NCBI GenBank assembly: GCA_026023565.1
Contig: JAPETS010000018.1
Location: forward strand, 558,001-622,000
DNA: 64,000 nucleotides
From: Cirrosporium novae-zelandiae
Taxonomy: Eukaryota
Reading direction: 5' to 3'
The notes below the pieces were generated by a model. That model made no database searches. It was not told the DNA's origin and was given only the letters and a program-made list of their open reading frames with translations. Of this stretch, positions 34,300-48,095 are shown one piece after another. A program made the position numbers and the translations under genes. The first letter of the stretch is position 1, and every line of letters begins with the position of its first letter.

Positions 34300-36050
34300 A
34301 TATGAAACGGGACGGATAACCCTAATCAAATATGTTGGAAGATATATTGATCGAGCAGGACTAGTAATGAGCGGCTTGAAGCAACCATTCGTCCTAGAAA
34401 CTATTTCAAGAAGCTAATGCATCTCACTGCGTAAATTCACCTTCACTCGGTATGGTTCTCAAAAAAAGGAGATGCCGTCAAGGATGCAGGGAAGTCATTG
34501 TTTCTAAGGGCTCGTTCGATGTGAGCTTATGCATGATGCGTCTCATGCTGCGTGCATTGGGAAATGTACGCTTCAAACTGAGACTGGTCCAGAAATGAGA
34601 GCGAGTCCAGAGGGTAGACTTCGAGGAGTTGTTGCAGGAACGCTTGCATCATTCCATAAAGCCCGAGGAATGGATCATTATTGTACGGCGTCTTGTGCAG
34701 ACGGCAGAAGAGGTGGATAATGTATACCTGCAGTTTTTTTTTTAAGACTAGAGGTCAACCCTGCTGCTGCAACGACCGAAGTTGCTGAAAGATGGTCGTG
34801 GCGGCCAGAGTCTCCTTGGATGAGCAATACACCGGACTTGCCACCTTCAAGGAACTCTTTGAAAGGTCTAAGTCGGTGATGATTAACTGTATCCTATCTT
34901 GCCCCTCGAATGGCATCCGCGACAGAATCACAAGGTTCTTAGATCTCAGATTTGGTCAGGTCGAAAAGGAATCCCCAATATGGCGCAACAGCTCTTGACA
35001 GCACATAGTTTGGGGTACTTTTCGCTGCGGAAATGCGAAATTCATTTCTCAGATTTCATCATCTAAAACCCATCAGCCGTGATTTATACAAAAACAAGAA
35101 ATCTAGAGGGCAAAAAGAAAACCAACAACCTTCGTCTTGAATCTTTCGAGTACATTATGGCTGTTGCTGGCTAGTTAGCCATTATCGGGCTTTGGAGTTA
35201 CTTTATAACTATTTTAATATCGCATTCAGATAGTGAGATACGCTCCTTAGCGGTTATATTTCGTCTGATCGGAGATTGGCCAGTTAGTATTATTTGCCTG
35301 CTCTACCGTTACCATTAACCAAGTAGTCCAGAAGAAGAATATTATATCATAGTTTTAGCTTACCCCACTCTACTCTTGCGGGCGTTGGCGTTGATATCTT
35401 TACTGACTTAGTAGAAGTAGATTTTGGATGCCCCCTTTTAAAAGCCCCGTATGCTTCTTAAAATCTTCGAATTTTAGCCGTAAATTTCTTCCATATGCCC
35501 CTTTGCTCTCGAATAGAACTAAAAAATTTTACTATTCGAGGTCAGTTGTTGAACGTTGAATATCAGGAGGTCATAAAATAATGAAAACGAGTTGCTGACA
35601 AATTTGGCTTTTCCGTAAATCATAAGAACCCTGTGTTCTGGCGCAACTAGCAATGTCATATGGAATTGGACAATCCTGTCATGAAGTTGACTTGAAGATA
35701 TCTCTCTGTACGAGGCGACCGTTGCAATTGTCTTAGGAATATCTGAAATGAAATCCATTATACCATCGCGTATGTGTTCCAGCTCTAGCAATTGCCTTGA
35801 AAATTACTTGCAAAGAGCCGCAGACAAGGACCCCATTAGGTAATCTCCAGACGGAATAGCAGCAAGCTAACCTTGAAGAGAATCGGGATGATGACTGAAT
35901 TTTCGGAAACGATTTCATACAACTGCGCGACAGTCTTTTAACTTGGAATTGCCTTTATCTCTGTCTGCGAGTTGATCATACGCTGTGGCAGCGTTCTCGG
36001 CGTCCTTAGTGACCTGTGTCATATCTTTAAGAGCTGTTGGCATCATATTA
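34300..36050 (-). pseudogene. Pseudogenised NLR-like gene (helical N-terminal domain plus degenerate NACHT)
   Basis: Minus-strand fragments in the expected order: RFRKFSHHPDSLQG*LAAIP, LVCGSLQVIFKAIAR, IRDGIMDFISDIP, FKEFLEGGKSGVLLIQG, HLFCRLH, CILDGISFF, FKPLITSP. Several stops and homopolymer frameshifts. Confidence 0.6.
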
Positions 36051-37364
36051 CTACCACCTGGTGGATTCGACCTGGGTTACATTCTCATATTTCTTGATAG
36101 CTGCTATTGTATTTTGATGTTGCTTTATCATGTTATGACTCGCCGGTAACGAACTGATCTAAGCAGGTTAGCAAATTGTATTTATCCCCGGGAGTTTAGT
36201 GATACCTATTCTTCAGAGATCTTCTCATCTCGATATTTGAACTGCTGCAGAGCTTGGTCAAACACGAAATCATGTGGCACAATATTTCTCCGTTTCCATA
36301 TATTCCACAGTTGAGCTCATCCATAGTGGCTACCAGGCTGGCATTGTCGCTCTTTGGGGAGTGGGAGCTCCAGTAAACGTCTCGATATTATCAAGATGCG
36401 CCCTTTGGAGGTTCATAAAGCGAGGGTTTATGAGAATGGAAAGGGCAAGAGCATAGATATAACTGTCAAGAGGGGGATGGCAGAACAGAATACAGACGTA
36501 TGTTAACCATCATCCTCAACCTTGCGTTCCCAGCCTACTCCCAGGGTCTTGGCTTCTACAAAGACTATTTAGGGCGGTGAGTTCAATAAATTAGTTCACA
36601 TCTCCAAGGTATTCTACGAATTAAGCTGAGCTGAAATACTCCTGGTTTCAGGAGGTATCTACACCTGCAGTGTTACCGTTAAACCACGTCATTTTTGATT
36701 ATCTAACTACACTACACACGTATAAATTCACGCACCCCTTAATAATTCACCTGCAATATTCCGAAATCATCTCTTCGTCTACAGTATGATTGGTCATATA
36801 ATATCTAGCCAGTGATATGGATTTCAATTCGCTCCTAACCTCACTTTTTTGATGTCCGCCAATTCCAAATCTGCCCTATGGTATGGTTCGCAGCTTGTTT
36901 TCTTTTTAGTTTTTTTCTTCTTTCTGAATTAGCTACTATTTCCTAGCTTTCATTCAATCCCATTTCTAGGAACTTTACCCCTTCTATATATGAAGGTAGG
37001 ACCTCAGCCTATTTCTAAAAGACGATTTTATCTCTAACAGGATCCAACTAGCACAGCTTTGGCAATTTCGGACCTCTTTAGGATTATGGCTAAAGGCTAC
37101 AAACACCGTGGAGTCATTATCTCTGAAGCTGAAAGCCAGATCTGAATGGCCCATTGAGACAACCTATTTCGTGGAGGCTGGATAATTTCTCGCTTGCGGT
37201 GGCTACCCTAGGTAATCTCTCGCTCAACCATCAAATCCATTAGAATGCGTTCTTTCATATATCTACTGTGAAGTCTTCAATATCAACCTCGTCCCCATTT
37301 CCCCTCCTTATAAAATCACAATTATCAGCCCAACAATAAAAAAAACTTACCAAGGCTAGTCATC

Positions 37365-37930
37365 ATGTCGGGCAACAATACGAATTCTCATACGCTAGAA
37401 ACTACTTTTCAGCCAGTCTCTTATCCTGGAAAAGACCAAACTATACCAGAACCAGAGTCTCCGAAACTAGAAAAAGTCAGGGAGGAAAACGATATCACTG
37501 ATAGTGGCGAGACCGAATTCGACCTTGCTTTTGAGGAAAGAATGAGGGATCAATCAATTTCTTGAAACGCGAAAGAGCTCGCAAAAGTGTATCCTGCAAG
37601 CCTCACAATTTCTCAGGTATTTATTTTCCCGGGAAGGATTGGTATCTCTTCTACCAATCAAGATTTACTAGGCTCGTTGAGGACAGGATTTCTCTCCTTG
37701 AAACGGAATTGGGTGACTTGAAGGGGAGCATAAAAAAAACCTAATTCAGAAGTTAGAGAGAATACCTCCAGCTTATGTGGATCCAAAAACAGCCCAGCTA
37801 TCAATGATAATGATGATGGCGGAGAGACCAGCGAGGATGATATCTACACCTTACCGACCAAATCCTACCTAAAACTTGGGAAGACTTTCAAAGAAGAGAC
37901 CCGGGTGAAGCTTGTGTTTTGAGCTTCTCA
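37365..37930 (+). pseudogene. Possible gene relic of unknown family
   Basis: Coding-like fragments broken by stops and frameshifts (MSGNNT...EFDLAFEER; FTRLVEDRISLLETELGDLK). Preceded by a TATA-like TATAAAA at about 37309. Confidence 0.3.
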
Positions 37931-38399
37931 AAGGCCAGGTAGGGATTAGGAAGAACAAATGGATGAACACCGGATCCATACACCACAATTCAAAAAAAAA
38001 CTGGTAATTTTTCCGAAGTAGGGGACAAGACTGCTACACCGGGCGAGGTAAGCTTTTATTTTTAGCTCGTAAAAGTTTCAAGTCATTCATTGGGAATAGG
38101 GTCCACTCAGAAAGCATTATGAAAACCCTTCAGAAACTTACCTCGTATAAACGGGGGAGGTGACAGTTTTTGTACTTTCCTTGGGCCATTCAAACCCCTT
38201 GTTCGCTATGAATCGGGAACCCGCAGGGCAGCTGCAACGGTTAGATGCCATTTTCTCCGACAAGGAGTTGGCCACTGCCTTAGCAGCAGTAGAGCCAGGA
38301 ACGTACGTACAGTACCTAACCCCGAAGACACAAATTCAACAACAACAATTGATATGCCATCTAATAAGATTCAAGAACTAAACTCGAGGCAACGTGAGC

Positions 38400-39145
38400 G
38401 AGCAATACAAAATTCCCATAGGGCATAAAGCCTACTCACTCAAAGAAATAAATTAGAAAAGCTCGACTGACCCAACAACACCATCTCCATATTCATAATT
38501 ATGAAATTCAATAGATAAGAAAGTTAAAGAATCTATTAACTATTCAAACTCGATTGAATGATGACACCCTAACGCCCCCCCCCCCTTTTTTTTCAAAATT
38601 TATCCCTCTCTTGTTCCATCAACCCTGGAGATATCGTCCGTCTTTCAACAAGATGGCAAGCAGGGTTTTGTCAAAGTATTATCCTTCATTTCTAAAGGGC
38701 TCTCTTCTCCCATTAATAGGGCCCCTCCCTCCCTGATCAAGGCGCCTGATTAATTTATCAACAAGGAATTACATATAGAGATAAAAGGACAGTCTATATA
38801 TTCCTAACTACAACGAACATGATGAATGTGACAGGCCCCTTTTTCATCCGTCAATTGCCATATTATATTACTTTATTTACCTTCAACACCAAAAACATTA
38901 TTCTATGATCCACTTAGTACAGAAACCCTTTTTTTTTTCGATTTTGTACATGTAACTAATACTTCCCGTAGAGTGGAAGAGAAAAGCCAAAAATATCCTC
39001 TTCTTTCTTTCTTTTTTTACCTATATCTTCAATCCCTGAAAGGTTGTTTTCAAGGGGGCTAGTATTTAAAAAAAACCCCCCCATTTAATAAAGAAAAGAG
39101 AATGGTTTGTCAGAACAAATAATGCGTCAAAGAATTAAAAACACC

Positions 39146-39183
<38 letters not shown>

Positions 39184-40400
39184 TCTACTATCACAACAAA
39201 CAAAAATTTCTTTCTCCCCCCGCACCTTTTTTCAAGTGGTTATAACAAATATAAATGAATCTTTAAATCTATACATATATACATGCATACATATATATAT
39301 ACACCTCCAAGAGTTTCCTCTAAAAGTCAGCACTAAAAACTAGTTCCAAGTCAAAAGATTTGGGCAACGGGGGGAGGGGGGGTGGTGTGGCGTGGTGTCA
39401 TGTGGTGTCAAAGATTGAGGATGGGGATGGGGATGGGGATGGGGATGAGATTTTATCAGAAATCCAGAAATCCAGAAATCGAATGCGTTAATTAAATGAA
39501 ACCACCCCCTCGCCCAGCATATAGATATAAGTTTTCGGCTTAAGGCTCAGGGCTTTGGCTTTGGCTTCATCAAAGCTGCAGTGAAAGATGAGTAAGTGAA
39601 GTGGACTTGACTAATTACTAGGATATATTGTGGCCTTAAGTTAGGTTGGTTGGTTGGTTGGGGGAAAAAAAAAGGGGAATTTGTAAATCTCTGAGAACTT
39701 TTTTCGATTGGTTAGGATTTAAGGCGGAGGAAATAGGCTTCTTATTTCAGCTTATCCCCAGGTCAACCTTGTATATAAGAAATAGGACAGAACAAGACAG
39801 GACGAGAAAGCGGCGTAAAAAATCCGCTCGGAAATTAGGTAGGTAGGTAGGTAGGTAGGTAGGTATGTATAAATAAGTAAATTAAGTAAGTAGTTCTTTA
39901 TCTGGAGTTCTAGATCTTTACTATATGTATGTAGCTCTTTAGGAGTGTGATAGATTAGATAATTCATACGGGTTTTCGGTTGGTTGATTGGTTGGTTGGT
40001 TCATAACTCCGTGCCCCCCCCTGTCCGAGGCGAGGATATATGTATATATGTATGGTATATGTATGGAATTCTTCAAATTTGGATGGATTGGTGGTGGTGA
40101 GGTATTTGAAGTGTGTAACGGTGGTGGTCGCTTCTGTCGTGGGGATTTACCACTGGACTGGGGGAGAAGATTATTGGGGATAGTTGGTTGTTTTTTTGAG
40201 AAGAATTGGGGTTTTGAGTGAATAATTCGGGCGGTGGGGTGGTTTATGGGTTCGTGAGTGGAGGTATGGGATGGGCTCTGTTGTGATTGTCTTCCCTCCG
40301 GGTATGTGATACCCCCCCTCTCCCACATCTAGATATTGCAATTGTTGGTATCTGGTTATCCAGTGTTGTGCTTCCATGGAAGAATACTAAAAAGGTTGAG
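38400..40400. repeat. Low-complexity / microsatellite tract
   Basis: (TC)n about 39149-39181, (GATGGG)n about 39420-39446, ATCCAGAA repeats, (AGGT)n about 39837-39864, (TTGG)n and homopolymer runs. Confidence 0.8.
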
Positions 40401-40984
40401 ATGAAAGGCGGGTGAATCGATTTCCTACGAGGTCAGTAGGAGAATGAAGAGATTACGAATAATCATATCCTATAAATGTTCCGCCCGTATCTGTGCTCCG
40501 ACGAGGCACTTTACCGTCACAGCTCTTCAGAAGGCGAATTTTCCGTAGATATTCTGCGGCTTGGATTATAAAAGATCTTTACCTCCTCAACCATGGGGAT
40601 TCCACCGAAGTGGGGAATGAGGAAGCCTTGATAAGCCGCGATTGATGGGGGAGCAAAAAAAGGAAAAAGAAAGGAAAGGATAAGCTGCGACTAAGGGAAG
40701 AGCGCAAAAGGAATGGATGGAGAACGGGTCAATTGGATTGGTCATGGCAAACTTTATTTCTTTGGTGGCTTGATATTCGTTGTTGTCATCGAAAAATAGG
40801 GATACAATCATCTGTTCGTATCCTCCTCTGCTCATTCGAGCATCTCTCGCCCTTTGTTTGAACCGTGAAAACTGTCAGACCGGTAGTTAGTAAGCGTATG
40901 CAGCAGCGACATTGTGCTGAGTGGTAGGTAACGGCTTACCACAAAATATCCCTAGTTACGTTTTCCCATCAATGGAGCCAAAGC

Positions 40985-41363
40985 TCATCGCTGGCTGCTT
41001 CCGCTCCACACATTCTTCAGGAAACCATCCCTCTGCGCGAGTCTGTTCAAGCTGTCGTCACTCTCGCCCATGGATCTGACAAATCCGCAAAGAGCATAGA
41101 CTTGGTTCTCGCCGGTGTACCGTCCGCTTTCATCAACCTTTCCTATCGAGAGTTGTACCGACGCGTGATCCTTGGCCTCTGTGGCACCAAAATTAGAAAA
41201 CACGGAAAATGAGAGTGATATGTTGGATTTGACAAACTTATGATGCGGTTGGTAGCGCTGCATTTCCTCGGGACGTAGCTAGTAGACGGTTAGATTTATT
41301 GGACTCGTAGTCAGGGGGGGATGGATCGTACAGGTCCACAATTTCTCCCTTTTCGTTTTCCAT
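40985..41363 (-). CDS. RPS21: 40S ribosomal protein S21 (eS21)
   Basis: Exons 41363-41332, 41278-41238, 41178-40985 give [33 protein letters not shown]...[15 protein letters not shown]. Confidence 0.97.
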
Positions 41364-41860
41364 CTTGAGGTTCGAATGTGAGTTGCAGCTGAAATTGACG
41401 TCTGGTACCTTTCGAAGGGGTGGATAGATCTGGGAATGAAGCTTGTTGAAGTCTTGAGACTGGTCACTGGATGTTCGTCCAAGTCGAAATTCCTTTGGTG
41501 AGTTGAATTCGGATGTGCGTCACATGACCAAGACCTTGGCGCGTTCCGAAATTAGGGCTGCCTAAAGCTCGAGCCAAGGAGCTGACGTCAACCACATTTG
41601 ATACAAAAGCATTTGCTATCAAATATTTGGTAGCAACTGAATTATATAAAGGAGATATATTATTAATTCATTTAAATTGGTGATGGTGCTATTGTCTAAT
41701 TGGTATTGCTTGACTGCTCAATGACGCATGCGTTGAACGCATACCACGAACTACCAAAAACTACCATTACGTCCTAAAGTGATAAGCTAGTATTATTCCA
41801 TCTGAGCCCGTATGGACGTATTTCCCCAGAACATTACTAGATACTTTTCCACTACCCAAT

Positions 41861-44800
41861 TCAAAAAGTCCCAAATTCACCTTGATCCTCTCCCAAAATC
41901 CATCGATTTGCCATTTCCCTCGCCAATCCCAACCTCAATACAGAAATGACTTCCTCCCCTTTGATTGCTCTTCTAGACCACCCTTTCCTCCAATCCCATG
42001 CCCTTTCAACACTGTTTCCAGTTCCATGAGCCTTGTCCCCTTTAGCTGGTTTCTTGCTGAGGAGGACACCACTTCCTTCCATGCTTTCCTCAATCTTCCC
42101 ATTGCTATGTGTATCCACATCTTCTGATCCATTATTTGACAGCATTTCGCTTCCAATCAAACTAAACGAGCCCGTACTTGTGAGATCAGAAATAGATTTC
42201 TTGAGCATGGAGCGGGCCGAGGAGGACGGGGAGTCGTTGGGAGAACGGTAGGACTTGATGCACGACTTGATGACTTCGTTATTTTGAATTACAATACGGT
42301 CTGGAGACGCGGTAAAATCCTCCACCGCCTTTAATAGTTGATGAAGCGAAGATAGAGGAAGAAGCGGTGGGGACTGGTTAAGGAACATTAGGGACTCTGC
42401 GAGGAGGGCAAGGAGGACGTCAACTTGGATAACAGATTCCCGGTCTGGGTCATAGAGACCTCCATGGATACTGTCAGCAGCACTGGCTATGCATGACATC
42501 AGGAGTTGGCCTGCGAGACGTTTCCTGGAGAGAGGACTGAGCTTCTTTGGATTAGATGAGGACGCGGTCTGGGAGTCCAAGTTATCACGAAGTTCATAGA
42601 ATCGTCGCACGGTTGCGTAGCCGCCAAAATAGAATTGAACTAACTGTACGGCTTGGGCGTCTTTGTTTGCAAGGGATCCGAGAATTGACTGGGGATCATG
42701 CAAGAGGGAAGAGAGTGTGGGATCGTTGGAGAGATCGGCTGGCGAAGGATAGACGGAGGATGAGACAATGCAGAACGATGTTAAAAGCGAAAGCACGTTG
42801 CGGAGTTTTCTAGAGGAATGGGCACGGGCATAGAGCAAAAGAGTAGTACCATATGAAGGGGTGGATGTCGTAGTTGTGAGGGAATCGGCATATTTCTTCA
42901 AACGAAATTAGTTGAGAAATGGCTCGAAGACGTCAATATTACTTACCTCTGCTGTTTTGTATCCCAAGTTTTCGAGCCCAATGTCCCGTGTCAGTTTTAG
43001 TACTTTGTCGACTCGTTTATAGGAATCTAATGAAATATCATCCAGCAAATCGCTAATCTTCGATTCCAACGTCTTCGCATTATCCAAGCGACTTAGGACT
43101 TCCATGGAGAGTTGCCAGCCCTCACGCTCCACCCCCAGATGTTCAATGCGAATAATTTTGTGTTTCGCTAGTCCAGCTGCGTATTCTATTAGCAGGCCAT
43201 CTTTTGTGACCAGGCGATTTAGTTGGGTATTGTTTTGTGCCCCCCCGTAGCTCAGAACCATCAGGTCACTTTCATTAAACCCCGGGATCACCTTGGTAGG
43301 GCCTCCCGCAGAGAGGTCCAGCCAGCCAGCTAGATCAGCAATTTCGACCGTCGTAGAGGCAATAGCCAAGGACCAAGTGCGGAGCAGGCCTATGACACCT
43401 TCAACATTGCCTTCGAATATACAGGCAAGACCAACTTCAACGGGATTCAGGGAATTGATTTGAAACGCCTCTTCATCAGAATCGTCTGTGACACGATCAA
43501 AGGCGTAGGAAAGACGCCGAATGTAGGCAGCTGTAGGATTCTCATCGACTGAGCGCGGAATGCGAGATTGTGATGCATGAAAAGATTTGCGGAGGTTAGC
43601 GGAGGCCTTGAGTACAATTTCATCATCATCATCGCCATCCCACCAGGCCGTTAGGCCGATGGATGCTTCTACCCAGTCTTGAGCAAAGGATATGATCTCG
43701 GTGGACCTCCCAAGGAGGAGGCCATAGAACACTTTCAGATTTTGGTAGATTGTCCAAGGGACCCGACTTGTGGCTTTCCGGGTCGCCTGAGTCAGACTTC
43801 CATGTGGAGAGGTTTTGTTATTGAGACCGAATTTCTCAGCCTTGAAAGAGTCATTTGTGGAGCGGTCAAGGTCACGGTCACGGTCTTCAGCAAAGGTGGT
43901 AAGTTCTACAATATTACGTTCAACCTTGTGGCGGAATAACACCCAGTCTTCCCCTTTCAAATCCCAATCACCATTTTGCATTGCCGGGCAGGATTCAAGA
44001 ACTTGAATAGCCCGGTTGATAACTCGTTGAATATTTCCGAGTTGGATTCCATGATATCCAATACCCCCCTGGCCATCGTCGAGGGCAGATTTCGCATATG
44101 AGAAATCCGCATCTTTTAGGATCCGGACAACATCATGAAGCTTCCCTCTCAGGACAGATGTAAGGATTATGTCCCAGAAACTGTCATGGGCCGTAGCGTC
44201 TGGCTGGTAGATAGCCAAGCCGGAAAGGGTAGATAGATAAGGATTATGATTCGTATTCAGCCAGTCCAGAAGAACCTTTGGCATTGGAACTGTCCTACTT
44301 TGGGACGAAGGCCGTTCTCCGGAACGAGAGAGGGCCGTTGCTTGTTTCTCTTTTGCTAATGGTGGGTGGTGCAACCTGAGAAGCAAAGTCGCGAGAAAGC
44401 CAGCTTTGGCCACGGGAGGTTCGTTCTCGCCTGGTCCGATTGAAGGATGTTGATCAATGCCATTCACGATATCATAATTTTTCATGTTCGATGCCCATAC
44501 CTTGGTTAATTCTTCGGTGACTTTGGAATATATGGGTGGCAATTCTCCCTTCTCCAACTCTGCAACTTGATCATACATGTATTCCACCAATTCCTCTGTT
44601 GCAAGCAAGATTGTATCTGGTTCATTAACGGGGGCGGCCCGAGATCTCGTTGCCAAATCTTTTGCTATTGAAGGAAACGCAGAGTCTTTCTTTGAAGTCC
44701 GGCCCAGCTTAGGTCTTTTGGTACCACGAGGAGTTCCTAGATCCAGTGAATGTAAAGATCCAGGTTTCGTACTTTTATTCCAGCGTGTACCAGGAATAGT

Positions 44801-45334
44801 ATCATGGGTTTGCTGTGACATGTCTGTCACATCATCTGTGCGCATGCTCCCTCGTTCTGTATCTACATCCATATCAGGATCAGTGTAGTCATCATCATAA
44901 TATTCCTCGTCGTGACTTGGATTGTCGTCTGAATGTCCTTCCTCGCTCTCCTCCTCATCGTCTTCTTCGTCGCTTACTTCTTCTCGTAATGGACTACTCA
45001 TGGGGGCGCCGTAATTGCCCCCTCCAAAACTTGTGAATCGAGAAGTATATTTCCCCGGCGAATTCTGATAGTTATGGGGTGTAGGCCGAGAATATCCAAA
45101 GTCAGGTTGCCGTGAAAAGAAACTGTAATTGCCAGTGTCTACTTGGGAGCTCGCGAACACGGTGGAAGGAGGAGGGCCGGCGGGGGTGAAGGAGGGCGCG
45201 GATGATGGAGGAGGACCGGCTGGAGTCGTTGAAGGATGGGACCCAAAGCTGGTAAAAGGGTTTCTGGGACGATTGGGGCGCTCGTCTGGTGTAGATGGAG
45301 GATTTAACAAGAATGGATCGGTGAAGCCGGACAT
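41861..45334 (-). CDS. NUP85: Nucleoporin Nup85 (Y-complex)
   Basis: Exons 45334-42947 and 42895-41861, joined by a GTAAGT...ACTAAT...AAG intron (KTAE|KYAD). Low-complexity N-terminus, then FWDIILTSVLRG, DWVEASIGLTAWWDG and SAADSIHGGLYD as in Pezizomycotina Nup85. Confidence 0.85.
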
Positions 45335-45782
45335 TGTGAGCTCTGAAGAATAATATTACCCCAGAGGGATGGCTTAAAGGGAATATCGAGTCAAGTTTAA
45401 CGACCGTCCGAAGTAGTGTTGTTAGTTACCTTTGGATTGGAAGATAAATTGCGCATCATCAATCTATCAAAGGAAGATATGAGTCAAGCAAACATTTTGG
45501 AGAATGGCGCACTGCTCGTTTGGGTGCTGTGATGAGAGCTCCAAGTCAAAATGATGCGCGTTAATAAATTTGGCGCGATGCGATAGCCTAGATGGATCCC
45601 TGGCTTGCCAATACGCAACTTTAGCTCTTCCAGGCACACCAGGCAACCCGCCGCTTCAGGGTAAAACATATTGCTAACCTAGCACTCTCTCCCAACCGTA
45701 TATTTGTTTACTGTGCATCTTTTTGACGACTAAATTCCCATTTCCTAACTTCCTCAACTCCTTGTTATTCTAAATTCTCAAA

Positions 45783-47598
45783 ATGGATTCTAAAAATCTT
45801 GAGACCGCTTCACTCTATCTAAACAATCTTTTATTATCCCGGGGATTACTTCGCAATGGTCAGCCAATTGATTTTGCGCATCCTTTCAAGCCCATTGAAG
45901 GCCCAGATCCTACCATGGCAAAGTTGATTAATCTTGTGCATGATATGATATTACGTCGAGATAAGGAGGCAGAGCAACGAGAATCTCTTGCACATACCAT
46001 TCATTCACTGCGAACCTCTGCCCAACAACAGAATGCCTCCCTCGAACGATTACAGGAGCGAAACACCGAGCTCCAACGTCAAATCTCCCTGGCCGAAGGT
46101 CAGGAACGAGCGTATAAATCTTCGATTAAATCGGCAGAGTTCCGAGAAAAAAAGTTGAAAGAAGAGACGTTGCGCTTAAGGACAACGGTTCAACAAGTAC
46201 GAACACAATGTGCTAATGACATAAGGAAACGGGATATTCAGATCCAGAAGATGAAGGGGCATCTTAATGGCCTACAGCGTGGGAAAAGAGACGGATTTGG
46301 AGCGACGACTATCACCATCACTCCACCGCCGCCACCAGGACGAGTAGCTCCTAGGCGAGGGGGGTTGGATGAGATAGAAAGATTGAATAGCCCAGATTAC
46401 AGCCTCAGACAAGAGACCAACGAATTCTTGACCGGTTTGTGTCAGCAGTTGAGCGATGAGAACGATGCATTAATTGGATTGGTGAGAAACTCTTTGGAAA
46501 CCCTTCGAAGTCTTCAAGGATTACCTGAGGCTTCTACTTTACCGCTGTTGTCGGAGGAGGATCAATTAGTAGAAGACACGACCGCCGTTGTTGTTCCGCC
46601 TACATCATATGAAAACCTTTCTGCGGATATGGATGCTGTTCTTGAGCATTTAAGGACTATTTTAACCAATCCCTCGTTTGTACCAATTGAGGAGGTGGCA
46701 ATTAGGGAAGATGAAATTGTACGATTAAGAGAAGGATGGGAAAAGATGGAAGGGCGATGGAAGGAGGCGATTGCAATGATGGACAGCTGGAGAAAGCGAA
46801 TGCTGGGTGGTGACGTTGTCAATCTTGATGAGCTGACGACTCAGCTCAAGGATGCCCAGTCTACAGACTTAAGACTAGATGAGGTACTGGAGAAGGACCG
46901 GGACGAGGATAAGGACGAGGTTGAGGATGAGGTTGAGGATGAGGACGAAGAGGATGAAGTAGTAGAAGGCGAAGAGGAAGAGGAAGTCGAATATGATGAT
47001 AAGAATGGTGAGGGGTCTCTAGACGGAAGTATCGAGATCGAATCCCAGCAAACAGCAGTCAGCTCAGAGGTAGATTGGCTCCATCTTGACGATTCGCCAG
47101 TCAAAAGTTACGGACGGGGAAATCCGAAGCTAGACCCTCCCATAATCTTGACTGAAACAAGCGGCAATGGAAGATACCAACATTCAAGAAGGAAGCGGCC
47201 TTTCACGTCAGTCATTAAAGAGATCACAAAGGATTCAGAGGATGAGAATGAAATAGATGAGGTTGACTTGGTCCAGAAGAGGCCACCTAGTAGCACCTCC
47301 GTGGGAAAATCGCCTACTCGTCTTCCTATTCGAGTAAGCATAGAAACCAACGTGTTCAATGGATACTGGAGATGCTAACGATAACTAGACACACACACAC
47401 AAGCCCCTTACTGAGATAATGACGGTCGAAGAGAAACTCCGTCAGGCAGAAATGGAAGCAAACATAGTTAAAGAGAGAAACAAACGAGATAAAAGCAAGA
47501 CAAGCAAGCATAAAGTTGGAGCTAAGAAGGCATCTAACAGGAGAAGGAGTACATTGAGTCCGGAGGAATTAGAGGGTCTAATGGGAATCTCTGGTTAA
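45783..47598 (+). CDS. Afadin/alpha-actinin-binding (ADIP) coiled-coil protein, TinA/Msd1-like spindle pole protein
   Basis: MDSKNLETASLYLNNLLLSRGLLRNG, QCANDIRKRD and LTNPSFVPIEEV. Intron 47334-47388. Exon 2 gives MTVEEKL...RRRSTLSPEELEGLMG, stop at 47596-47598. Confidence 0.85.
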
Positions 47599-48095
47599 TT
47601 ATCTGGCTTGCACGAATTCGACGCTTAATGTCTTTACGAAATCTGGTATGGTATAAAAACTGAATTGATACCCCTACCCGTTAATGACTTCAATTTCTAC
47701 CCTCCTTTCATAATACTCCAGTGATCCTGAGATAAGAAGGACAATAAAACAGGGTCGTGAAAAATATATTCTTCGGACACCCTTCCCTATGTTATAAGAA
47801 TTTCAGGGGTCCATTTACATATGCCCAAATGCTCACTATCTTAATTTATTGCTATTCTGGCGGTGTGATTAGGCGTGAAATCTAGACATCCAATCTAGAC
47901 ATCACTTCTCGAAGTAACGCGCGATTTCATTTGGACCTTCTTCGCCTGAAAATAGTCTGGGGTCTTAAGAGAACGTGCCGAATAACTTTCAGCTAATTTG
48001 GGGGAGGTATAAGATATTACTGATCGATGGAGAGATGAAATAATAATATGTCTTGCTGGCCAAGAGAAATAGGGATCCATATAACTTTCGTTGCA

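Noticed and set aside
47389..47400. (AC)6 microsatellite at the start of the last TinA-like exon as a phase-variation switch
   Set aside because: Twelve nucleotides keep the frame (THTH), and the tract is too short to suggest meaningful instability.
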